From contig CAJINV010000007.1 of the NCBI GenBank assembly GCA_905178155.1, forward strand, positions 4,242,258 through 4,306,257: a stretch of 64,000 nucleotides of DNA, in the 5' to 3' direction. The notes under the pieces were generated by a model that was not told where the DNA came from, did not search any database, and worked only from the letters and a program-made list of their open reading frames with translations. Below, piece after piece: positions 1 through 11,969 of the stretch (its first letter is position 1; every line of letters begins with the position of its first letter). Made by a program: the position numbers and the translations under genes. This DNA is from Amoebophrya sp. A120 (lineage: Eukaryota; Protista; Dinoflagellata).

Positions 1-329
1 GGGCCGCCGCGGGCGACAGTAGTTGTGCGCGGCCCTTTAGGGCCGCGGGGAAGTGGTGGAGCCCGCGGCGGCCCGCAGGCTCCTGCGATACGCTTTGAAT
101 AGAAATCCGGAAGCCACCGATGACCCAGAAACCTTCCTGGCCAGGGGGCCAGTTTCTCATGCGGGGGGCTTGAAGACGAAGGAGTGGGACTGTAATCAAA
201 AATAAATAGCGCCAAAGCGCGGCCCGCAGGGCCGCGCTTTCGCCGCGCGGCTGGTTAGGCTTTCGCGCTGGTTAGATTTTCGCGCACGCATTTGGTTACC
301 AATATCGCCCTCCGGGCGCGACCTTCATA

Positions 330-2023
330 CATAGCAGAGACCGATCTTCTGGTCGACGTCCTCGGCCTGTGCATGCAGAGGACGGTGGATATATTGAAAG
401 GCAAAGGCAAAGTACTAGGAGGAGGCAAAGGCAAAGTACCCAGGATTTCACTTTGGATTTTGTCGTCATTGCAAGTACAGCTGTAGTCTTCGTTGGTTTG
501 TGGCTTGGAAATGTTTTTGCTGGGATACGTGGGTGATGCTGGTAATTATGGTACTTTCTACACTGCGCATTGCCCGGATTTCAAAGCTGTTCTCGCAACA
601 GAACGAGGTGTGGGAAAACGCCCTCGCGAACTGGCCCATGGAGGGAGATATTCGTAGCCTTCCCGTCACTGATCCGAAGATTGTGCATATGCAAACGAAA
701 AATTGGATTTGGTTTCCCCATGGTGTCAGTGTCAGCTTAAAATTTCCTCCAGATAGACGTAGTTCTAGCCTCCAGATAGTGGTCCTTTGTCCTGCATCCA
801 GAGAATGGTACTTCTAGCGGGAACAGTAGTTTCTGGTTCGACTCATACTCATAGTGCATCCAGGACGCCCGTTTCGTATCGTCTTTCTGCGACGCATGAG
901 CATTATCTCGGGCATGCGATGCGTGAATATTGTAAACGAGACTTAAATTTATTTGATTCATCAAAATGAGAATCAACACGATTTGCGTTTTTCCCAGTAG
1001 TTGTGCGTTTTGTAAATCTAAATATAGTGCGCGAAAACAAGATACGGAAACGTATATTAATGCGAAACCCATTCCCATTTTTCGGTGGCATATTTGGGAT
1101 TCGAAATGCAGTGACGCCGCCGCTTCCGGAGAATTTTCGGGACTTCCGTGCCCAGGTATTGTACATCGAGACTTTATCATCTACCAACTGTTTGTGTTTG
1201 CATAGACGCTAGCGTTTTGTTGCATGTGACGGCCTTTTGGTACACTAAGTGGATTTGTCCTTGTCGTCACTTGTTTCGTATATAGATATACATAAAGGAA
1301 GCTTCGCAACGTCACGGTATCTAAAATCAGTATAGCAAGTAATGAACTTCAACACCACAGCACGGCGTTATTTGGTTGTTGGATGTGTGGAGTCCGATCT
1401 GCGCTATCGCTTGCGTCGCCACGCTCTTGGGAGGCTACGCACAGCTGCCCTCCGCGGCCCAACGCTTGCCGTAGAGGAAAATAGCACCAAGCCGAATATT
1501 ATATATAGTGCATCGGGGACACAGACACTACAACAAGGAAAAGGATAAGGAAGGTTCAGGGACAGATTCTTGATCTTTCGGGACCGTCGAGGAGGAGGAG
1601 GAGTGTTGCGTACCGAAGGGCGGATTGGAACCCAATGGGAAAGAGGACGAAAGAGAACAACCAGACTAATTGTAAATTCATCCCGGTAAAGCAAGGTAAC
1701 ATACCAAAAAAAAAAGCTGTTGATCTATCATGAGCATCTCCATGTTGACGCTGATGCAATATTGTTTTGAACTACTTGTATGATTTCTTTGAGCTTTTCA
1801 CTTTCTTATTTTCATAGTTTTTAACGCAACTACAGTTTTGGACTACTACTTCACCACACTCGTTCTTGAATGGACTACGTTCATTCTCCACCGGCCGACA
1901 AACTACATGTACATGACTCGATTGTATTTGAATCACTGCATGAAAATGCCCGTTGGCAAGGACCACCTGCTGCGCTTGCGCAACTGGCTAAACAGACTGC
2001 CCTCGTGTCACCACCTTGAATGA
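330..2023 (+). CDS. 3' part of a probable multi-exon gene of unknown function (exon structure unresolved)
   Basis: Protein-like patches (ETDLLVDVLGLCMQR; EVWENALANWPMEGDI; KPIPIFRWHIWDSKCSD; DYYFTTLVLEWTTFILHRP...HHLE*) separated by AT-richer stretches; some GT donors, e.g. CCAG|GTATTG near 1156; last ORF stops at 2023. Confidence 0.4.
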
Positions 2024-3476
2024 TGGAGGTGTTGGGTGTGTTGGGAGGAAAGGCCAGCACTCCATTCGTATTCTAAGTACTTTAAAAACTTTCTCGCCAG
2101 CTTCACTTCACCTCAAGCATTGCCATACATTTATACCATCATGATCATGTCTGCGGAAGTTTTTAGGCCGGCACCGGCTCGAAACACTGACTATACCTTT
2201 TCGTGAGCTTTTTTTTAGCTCTCCTTAATCCGCACTACTGGAGACGGAGATGGACGAGTTTTCTTTTTCACTAACGTGAGACTGAGCACTCTCGGCGTTC
2301 ATCAAATGGAAATGTGTATAATGCTCGGAAAAAAAAAACGTATAGCCCCCCTACTAGACGAGCCACTATCCCAAAAGTTGTACATCCGTTGGCTATAATC
2401 CATTACCGGCTCTAGAGTAGCTAATTGTCGTTTCTGGTTCCCTTGATGCTCATCGACATCATCGTCTACTGAAATCTGACTATTCTCATTTCAGCGCTCC
2501 TTGTCTTGCGCCAGTCGACTTTTTTGCCTTGGTATTTTTTAGCTATGGGAAAAAAGCGCTAAGCGAGAGGGTGCTGTCAGAGAAAAGTTGTAGTAAGGTA
2601 GTTTTGTCGGATCCTCATCAGGGGTAGCATTACATATAGAACTCCCGCAGGAACGAGTGGGTCGCGCAGAATTGCGGTAGAAGTACCCCAGAAGTTGCAG
2701 CTCTGGTTGCTTTGCGCTCCAGCGCGTCTTGTAGGATCTAACTATACTTAGTCGTGCTTGGACCCTCAGGAAAGATGGCAAAAATACTCGAGCATATGTT
2801 GGAAGCAGTAAAAAATGATAGATGCAGCACCTCCTAGAGAAAGTGCTCGTGTTGAGCGCGCGGAGGTCGTGCGGATGAACTCTCGAAAAAAGTAGACAAG
2901 GGGAGCTGGAAAAAATTTTGGAAAAAACCTTGGAAAATTTAGAATTACAGCAAAAAATAAGCCCTGACCTAGTTTCCTCAGCGATCGTAATTTGGTTTCT
3001 GGCATCGTGCGGAAATGAAATGACGTGTCGTGAGTGCAGGGAAGAAATCGGGTGGCAGTATTGTTGAGCAGCTCACGCAGGTGTTCAACACACAATTTTT
3101 TTTGACAACACGACTGATGCAGGATGAAAGGAACAGGAAGATCCTGTAAGTGTAACAAAAATGATCACACAAAGTCAGGCGCATTGTCTTCGTCCCCGTC
3201 TTGTTCTCGGAAGTTCTGACGTGGCGCACCAGAGACAGCATACTTCACAGGCTCCTGCGTCTTCGAAGCGTGGACCAGGCAAGATCTGTCATGTGGCGCA
3301 AGCGTCTAAGAAGTCTGTGCACAGTTTTGGCTTCAGCTTGGTTACAATTTTTTTGTTGACACAAGCCACTTGTTCACCTTGAAATGTCGGCTGGTCTCTA
3401 AACATCAAAGAGTCAATCAGCATAAAAATGCAGCTTCCTTAACGAAGCGGGCCTTGATATAAAGAATTGCTCACTC

Positions 3477-6400
3477 ATGCTCATCAACAAAATGCCTTTC
3501 ACCTCCTCCATGTCCTCGTATAGAGCACGAGCAGGACCCATGCCGGCCGGTGGCAGATCTACTGCTACTTCTGCAGTGGTGTCAACATGCCGATCTCCTG
3601 TTCTCCGCCTCCTACTTTGCAGTGGTGTCATTTTAGTGCTGTCACATTTCCATGGAGCAGCGACCGTTGCAGCAGCTGCTGCGGACAATAAAAGCTCAAT
3701 CCCAGCAGACCCGGACACGCAGCTGGAGCTGCAGATGACCGGGGAAAACAGCGACACTGCGAGCACTAGCCAGATACACGGCATCAACCTGCAAGAATCC
3801 CGACATCAAGAACGACTACAGCGAGAGGAAAAGCAAGAGCGTACTATTTCCGACGGCCAAGACGTGAACAAGGAAAAAAGAAAAACGAAGACCTACCTCG
3901 ACTTGTTTCCACCCATTCCCGACTATGATTGCGAGGAGGTCGTGCTTGCGACAACGGACAGGCACCACAAGACTGCGGATAAAAAGCCCTCGCAACCAGA
4001 CTGGCGCGCCATCCGAATTCAGCTGCGCAACGTGCTCGCGCGCTACAAAAGCCAGGATAGGTGGCCGTCTACTGCCGGCGCAGGAGGTAGAAGTACATAT
4101 AACAGAGGTGGCGATGACATCAACGACGACGACGACGACGACGAGCAGGCCGACGATATTATACCAAGACTGCCGCAACTCGTCTCGGAATCGGTGTTGT
4201 TTCCGCTGTTGGCTCGCATGTTCAACTCCAGGACCCCATCTGCAGGACGACGTCGTCGAGAGGGAGGTCCAGATCCTCGTCACAGCGATGAAAATAGCAA
4301 AGCCAGTGCTAACTTCTACTCGCCCACCTCCCCTCCCACCCTGGAAAACACGGAGTCGACGTTGCGAAACCAGTGCCCACTGGGGTATCTGAGTACGTTG
4401 CTCCTGTTGCTCTTCTGGCCCGAGGCGAAGATGAAGGTAGAGCGGCGCGCGGAACAAGCAGGGCTGTTTCAGGTACAGATCAGACAGAGGGGCGCGGCGA
4501 AGACATCAAGCAGGAGAGCGACGTCGATTACAGCTGCAAGGTTACCAGCAACAGCACCGCGTAGGGACGCGACGGAAACGTCCGACGAGTCTGGAGCAGG
4601 TCATCAAGGTCTACAACCATTTCCGCATGAGGACAGGAGTCGGTCTGAAGGGACTACTTCAGAAGACGATGAAGCGGTCGGCTTTTATGTCGATGAAGCA
4701 GGGCGACAGGATGCTGAAGTAGATGATTTGTTGTTCCTGAACACCACAAGCACCTCCAGCAGTACAACGAAGACAAAACTCCAACACCACTCACTACACT
4801 CCTTCTTTTTCCAGTCCCAGGTCCAGCATCTCTCCGAACAAGAAGGAGCTACATCAGCAGCTTCGGACCACACGTTATCCGAAGTAGGTTCGGTCTTGCT
4901 GCCGCAGCACTGCGATTTGCTGCCGGACCCGCCGCAGGGGGACGCTACAGAGGATCATGGGCATCATGATGTTCATAGGCGTGACCGCTCACGTGGCCAC
5001 AGTGACGGTCGCGCTGGTATGAAGAAGGACCCGAGCGCCAAACTTTTGACTCGGTGGTGGAGCAAGATTTATCTACCGGAGTTCGTCCTCGGGGTCTTTC
5101 GCCGGGTGCTTTTGGTGAACAAAGTTCCGTTTCTCGCCCTCGCCGCGACCGACTGGCCAGTGCTGGATCTCTTATGCTATAAATTTCGTATGAGGTTCTT
5201 TCGTCTCGTGTGACGGGATTTTGTTCAAATGCTATTTCGAAGCCTCTCTCATATGCACAATACAATGAGCTTCGCTAGCACAGCAGAGACACAGCGTGCC
5301 AGTCTACCTTTTTGGCGTTGCGGTATGGCGGCACAACCGTGCTACGCTCTATAAAGTGCATTTCCTCTAATCATGAACCCGAAAGTGAAAACGAAACGTT
5401 GAGCAGCTCTCGTTCGCGTTACGTGGCGTTTAGAGCCTCTTCCATACCCGCCTGCTCTCAAAAACGACGGAGCATCACTTTCCCCACGACGTTCTCGGCG
5501 ATACACAGCAAGCGCTGCTCTCGGCTAGTAATACTTTTTTCCCCAACCACGACGACAGTCGCAACGACCAACCGAAGCCCCCGGTCGCGCCAGGACCGGT
5601 CAACATGTGCACAACTTTCGGCAAGTACCCCACCGCATTCCTGCAGAAGAAAATAGCAGCCGCACACGAGCTCTTGACCAGCAGCCATGCGTACCACGAA
5701 AGAGCGGAGGTTGGGCTGCTGTATTTGCGAGACCTAGACCCTCTGATCTCCGACATTTTCGACCAAGCGGGGTTTTTCTCCAGCGAGATCACCTCCGCGG
5801 AGTTTCTGAAAAACTTGAAAGTCCACGTTTGCCCGGCCATCACGCTGACGCTAGTGTCGGTCGCGTTAATCTTGTCCGTGCTGGCCAACCCGGCGAATCT
5901 GGAGCCTTTCGTGCATATCGGGGAGCTGGTGCTGGAAAACCAGTTGGCGGAGGTGTTACATCCGGCGGTCGGGTACGTGGCAATGTTACTGCTGTCGTCG
6001 TGGTCCGTAGCGAGCGGAGGCGAATCTGGTGATGGAGCAGCTGCGTCGGTCAGCACGGGCTCATCTACTAGCGAAACGACAGGACGAGCGGGTGGAGTTG
6101 GAGACGCATCTGGTACAACCTCTAGTACCGCAGCTTCCACACAACAACTTCCTTCAACCGCAGAAATTAATTGTCCACACTGGACCTGTATTCTGGCGGC
6201 GTTTAGTACGTTCAAACTTCGTCGGTACCACGTGAATTACCCAACGCTGGCTGCTGCGAGGACTGCAAGCAGAATAGAAGCTGCGGCGTCACGAGAAATC
6301 CGTGCTGCACGTGGTCCACATTATAATTCGGATGTTGATGGTATTCATACCTCGGCGTTCTCTGCTCCTGTCGAGGACTTTTTCGACTTGGCAGCTGCTT

Positions 6401-8595
6401 CTCCCTCCGACGTCGAGGAGCCACCCTGCGTCGTTGGTCAGCGGGCGGCCATCGCTACGGACGAGCAAAGAAGTAGCAATTTTATGATTGTGAACTGCGA
6501 AAGGGACGATCGTCAGCAGCTGTCTGCAAGAGCTGCGGATCACCACGAAGATGCTCGCTCGCCCACGCGTCGTGAGGATGAAGACCACGACGGAGTTTTA
6601 CATGCTCGTCGACGGCGGGAGCATGATCGCGATAGCGACCACGACTCTGAGCCGCCTCGAAGCATGAAGAGCGAAACGCAGATCGGGATCGAAAGAAAGT
6701 TGCGGGCGTGGTTGCGGGTGAAAGTTCAAGAGAGCAGGACAGACTGGGAGAGAAGCGGCGTGGCCTCACCGCGACCACCGGAAAAGCAAAATGACAATAG
6801 TTCTCCAGCGACTGTCGTCTACCTTTCCGTCGTCGGCGGCCAGGAGTACGCTGCGTATCTGAAGCCGTGGGTCAGGAGGTTCTTCCAAGTGCACAGCTTT
6901 CTTCGGTACGAGAATCCTGACGCTCTACCTGACCCTGGGAAGGATGGTAAAAGTAGATCCCCCTGGAAGGCAAGTACTACAGCAGGCACCGACACCACTC
7001 TGCATCAAAGGACATCTGCTTCTGCAGCAGGAACCCGAACTAAACCGGCCGGGGCCAGCGAGGCATCAGCGTTGCTCGCACTGGTGTGCCTTGACGGGCA
7101 AGCATTGAGTGCTTGTCGCGAAGAAGAGAGACTGCTGGATAGAAAGCCTCAATCTTCTCGTAAAATAGTTCCGGACTACGGGGACGAGGACCGCGCGCCT
7201 TTTCAAAAAGCAAAAACGGTGATGGGAGATTTGTTCTGCATCGACAGCACGAACACCGGCGATGCGGTGTTTCTCAAGTTCCGGTGGCTGTTGCCCTTAC
7301 TTGAGGAAATCTTGAAAGTCTCAACGTCGAAGTCGATGCCACCGGAAGAACTTTCCCGCGGTGGTGATCATACGACGCGGGGAAATGAGGCGGCAGCGAC
7401 GAGTTACGTTGTCTGGACAGATTGCGACTTGTACTTTTTCAAGGATCCGGTGCGGCAGATACTGACGAAGGGTTCGACTTCGGAAAAGAAAGAACTACCA
7501 GCTGCCAACGACGCTATCAAGGTGGACCAGCCGGATCTTTTCGTCACTGAGCATTTTGACGGAAAGTGTCTGAACAATGGTTTTTTCGTCGTGAAAGCGA
7601 CGTTGAAAATGCTAAATTTCTTCCAATCATTCACATACTTCCTCTACGCCAAAAATCCGTTCGCGAACAACCAGAATGCCTTTGACGCGTTTCTCGGACA
7701 CAGTCTGCAGGAAAGTTTCGCGGTTGCGCAGGGGAAGGAAGTTGGGATGGTGGATGAAGATGATGCAAATGGTGCTGCAATCGTGCGGCCAGTTGGGACA
7801 GGAGGTGGGGAAGATGTAGAGGGTGAAGCACGTGCACAAGATGTAGACACCTCTACTAGCACTACAACCTCACTCATCGTATACAAACTCCTAAACGTCG
7901 AGTCTGAATTCATTTCTGCGGAAGGGTGGCATGAAAGAAGCGCAGAGAAACAACACAGCCGCGAAGATAGTGATTTATCTACGAAAGCACAAGAACTACC
8001 TAGAAGTAGTCCGATTCTCTTTCATTTTTGGCAGTCCGACTACGCGAAGCAGCCATCTTCAGCGGCGGCCGAAAAGCAGCAAGTGGAACAAAGTAGGTCC
8101 AGTGCTTTCCCTTGTGTGGGTCCGCTTTCCGGCCGGAAACAGAGCTACTTCGAACTCTTCTATGGCGACGTGTTTCAAAGTAATAGTTCAATCGCAGGGT
8201 CGGATATCGCATCAGAAAGTACACGGGAAAGCAGAATCCAAGCTGCTTTGGCAGCAGTTCGCTCGCCAGCGCCGCGCGCGAAACCGGAAGACCTTCCCGG
8301 CTGTACGGTCCTGACCGCGGGCGCACAGACTATCGCGGCCAGCTATGCGGATTTGGATAGTAGCGACGAGAGTTTAAAAACACCGCACATGATGCAGCAC
8401 GGGGACGTAGCATCATCAACGCGACCAGAGTCTAGGAATGGTAACTCGTACACGGCAGAACTGTCGCAATCCATTCATGATTGGGCAAAACCGGATCCGG
8501 AGGGATTGGAGCGGGAGCGCACTAGATTTGTGGATGAGCAGGTCATCTTGCAAAATTTATTCGGCGCCGATGACGAATCGGAAAGTGATCTGTGA
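3477..8595 (+). CDS. Large putative glycosyltransferase (nucleotide-diphospho-sugar transferase/GT77-like); ORFs 3477-5213 and 5605-8595 probably joined by an intron at ~5190-5500
   Basis: N-terminal hydrophobic segment (LLLCSGVILVLSHF). Downstream ORF has a DxD motif VVWTDCDLYFFKDP, then PDLFVT...CLNNGFFVVKAT and NNQNAFDAFL, matching the DxD / N-x-G-F / D(N)Q order of this family. Frame of ORF2 is open back to 5434. Confidence 0.65.
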
Positions 8596-9519
8596 CAAAG
8601 AAAAGATTTAGACTCATGCCGAAGTCACGTGCTGGTGCTACTATAATTCTTGATTTCATCTGTTTGATTGAGCATAGTCTTGGTGAAAAGCACGACATGG
8701 GAAATAGATGCAACGAGTCGGTGCTCGTTTGAAATAGAAATGCCGAAGAAAGAAGGGCGCGAACGCTGTCTCTGAAGAATGAGCTACCCTGTGACTAAGG
8801 AGCGACGTTTTCTAGTTGTCTGTGGATAGTCGTATAGATTATTTTAGAATGTGTTCTCTCGTCGCGTGTCGGAGGATGTCAAACTCCAACTGAGCTATGA
8901 CAACGAAAGAAAGGCAGTATATCGCGGAAGTGTTAGCGAGTTTTGGTGCAGTTTATTTTCCAATCCTACGCACCAACGCCAGAGACAAGGAGGCAAAGGA
9001 GTCTCTTTTTGTTCATGCGTCATGTGCTTCGTTTCATTTCTGCGTTTCCTAGTACTGTTTTGTGAAAGGAGAACAATGACACTATACTTTCTTCTGAGTG
9101 TGATGGCTTCCCTTTTAAGGGACGAGCAAAAGAATTAAGTGCCTTTTCTGCTTTCTCACCCGACAACTAAAGAACTGCGTCTGTTGAACTGGCAAGAAAT
9201 TTAAGGAAATGGAAAACGAAGAATCAACGCTCCGGCGGTGGTAAAAAATTGCAATGTCATTTAAAAAACCGTAGGGAATTAAGAAGTTGTATTGCAAGAG
9301 TTCGTACAGCCACCCGTATCCGATGTGACGTTTTGAGTCAGGAGGGCGCACATGTGTCATGTCGAACTGGCAGAAGTGGTTTCTTTTTCCCTGTCGAGGT
9401 CAGTTTGCTTGCAGGGACATGGTCTACGACAAGCATGATATTTGTATGAGCATCACCAGCAATTGAAGCGCATTTTCTCCGAGTCAAAACTTTACTCCTG
9501 GATATTAGAAAAACCAAAG

Positions 9520-10402
9520 ATGAGCTCCGGGGTTCCGATGATGATGCCGCCGCAGTCCTTGACTGCCGGCATGCCGGATCCGTCCACCATCGCCAAGCAG
9601 AGTATTGTTTTTCATGTTGCGGCTGTGCTTTAAATTTAGAAACAATCTACCAACAACACGTTCATTTTTTTGATTTAGTGATTGCATTTGCCTGCTAAGA
9701 TACCACCCGCCCAGTAAATGTTTTCGTGGTCTAGCTATGAACTTCACCCATTCTTAAAACATCGATTGAAAACAGAGGACGCCTACATGAAGATGCTGGA
9801 CGAGCAGGTGAAGCAGGGCACCCAGGTCCTGGAGGCCCAGGTGAAGCACCAAAAGGAGTACCTCCTCGGTCAAGCCGACCAGCAGAAGAAGCAGTTCATC
9901 ATGCAGATCGACATGGAGGTGAAGCAGCAAGAGATGGCCCTGGACCAGCAGCGCATGGAGCAGCTGATGGCCCTGCAGCAGCAGGCCGCGCAGCAGAAGG
10001 CCGCGTTGGAGCAGCAGGCCATGCAACTGTCTATGGAGTACCAGCAGAAGAAAGCTGAGGAAGAAATGCAGAAGCAGCAGTACTGAAAATTTTGATGTCG
10101 ATGCGGTCATTTTAGGTTTTTTTAAGATTCGAAGTCTGATGTGCGACAGCCGAATTCTGATTGACGTCGAGTCCGTTGGAGAAAAAAACTTATATTCATT
10201 CAAAGTAACATGATGCGCGGAAACAAAACTCAGATTCGACATGGAGAAGAAGCAGCAGGAGATGCAGATGAAGATGCAGGAGGAGATGGCCAAGTTCCAG
10301 GGTGCCGGTCAGCTGTTCACCACCCCCGCCTTGGGCACGGCCATGCCGGGCGCCGGTGCCACCTACACCTACGGCCCCAACGGCGAGCTGGTCCCGAAGT
10401 AA
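9520..10402 (+). CDS. Q/M-rich coiled-coil protein, 3 exons: 9520-9601, 9776-10079, 10234-10402
   Basis: Two GT-AG introns (9602-9775, 10080-10233) give a continuous frame: MSSGVPMMMPPQSLTAGMPDPSTIAKQKDAYMKMLDEQ...KQQFDMEKKQQEMQ...GPNGELVPK*. Exons have strong GC3 bias. LTAGxPDP plus Q-rich helix resembles a dinoflagellate family of uncharacterised proteins (from recall). Confidence 0.85.
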
Positions 10403-11969
10403 GCGGCTTCCTCAGGAATGAGCAAGATCTTGGGTGTCCTGTCTTTCATGATCATCTCCATGGCCAAGAAACCTTCGTCGCTGCGCAATAATCAACCCTG
10501 ACGCTACTAGTTCAATTTGGGCGACCATATGTAAAATGCCGTTCAGACCATGCGCTGCTAACTTCTCCATACAGTAGTCTTCTCCGTACGTTGGACGTAT
10601 CGCATGTTGAATTTATCCTAAGGATGAAGCACACTTTAGACACCATGGCGGGCTATCAAACTTTGGTTTCTGTTGAATCTTGACATATTGTCAAATTCTG
10701 TACAACATAAGCAGGGAAGCAAGTACGGAACTCACTGCATGAATACGTCAATAGCTTCTACACATGTCGTTTACAGGTTTTTTACAACCTTTCCGATGTA
10801 AGTCGTTACGTACCTCTTTTCAGCTTTTTGACACTTGCGCTTCACGATATGCCACAGGGCCGAAAAAAAACGATTTTTTCCAACTAACGTGGGACACTGT
10901 AGAGCCTTTCTACACCAGTTCCCGCCAAGGTGGAAGATTTCGCTTTGAACACAACCTACGCGTAAGACCACTAGGTTTAGTGCGATTGAAAAGCTTAGCT
11001 GTAGACCCTAAACGCAACAAGTGGCAGCAGCGAAAATTGCTACGTTCCTCGTGGCTGATCTTTTCGGACATCACGCATGAGAGTGGCAGGTTTGTTTCTC
11101 GCGTTGATGCCTTAGGATTGTGTCAACCTGGAGTGGTACAAAAGCGCCGTCCATGATTCCGCATAGAAAACTTCATCAATTGATGAAAGCACAAACATAT
11201 TGATTCTAAACTAACTTGCCCCATTTTTTGGGTGATCTATCAGCTGCGACTTGGAGGCCCCGAAATCCTGAGTTCGCATGTCAGTGTTGTATTATCGGTG
11301 TGTATATTAATATTATGGAAACACAAATAAACAAGTGCTTGTCTAGGCAATACCGATCCTGAATTGAGAAATAGCGTCGGTCCGGACAAAAGCATGGCAA
11401 CTGGAAACTCGTCTAGATGAGGTCTTTGTGTCAGTTCGTTCAATATCAATCTGGGCTGTGGACAGTGCGATGCATTTCTGTCTAGCATGTAGTCGTATCT
11501 TGTTGTGCCGCAACGGGCTCCAGGGGGGGAAGATCATCATGCGAACGTGCGTGAATTCAATGATGGTGAAACTCGGTTGTGCTCGTAAGTCGTGATGTGG
11601 TCGTTACATTTGGGTTCCTTCTGGTTGGGATAACAAGCAGGATTTTGTCTTCAACACTCCGACAACAGTAACGTGGGGCCAGAAGACAAGCTTTTTTTGT
11701 TGGGTGGGGTAGACATTGTTGTTATAGCTGGAGAAGTAAGTAGTTGTAGTTCTGCAGTACACAATATCAATGACATTACTTACCCACCAGGTGTTTGTTG
11801 GCTCCTCTCATTTGATTGCGCGATAACTAGTCTTAACCTAGTACCCGCACTACAATTTGTTTTCGTTTTTATCAGACGCGATTATAAAAAGGAGCAAACC
11901 TCCCAGCACACAAAGACAAATGGACTTCCGAGAAACAGCAATGTTAGTGTCACCAGTGGCATAGCGACA

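Noticed and set aside
9754-10293. Leu-rich minus-strand ORF, and similar antisense ORFs at 5475-6215, 35655-36392 and 54014-54853
   Set aside because: Antisense shadows of codon-biased plus-strand exons
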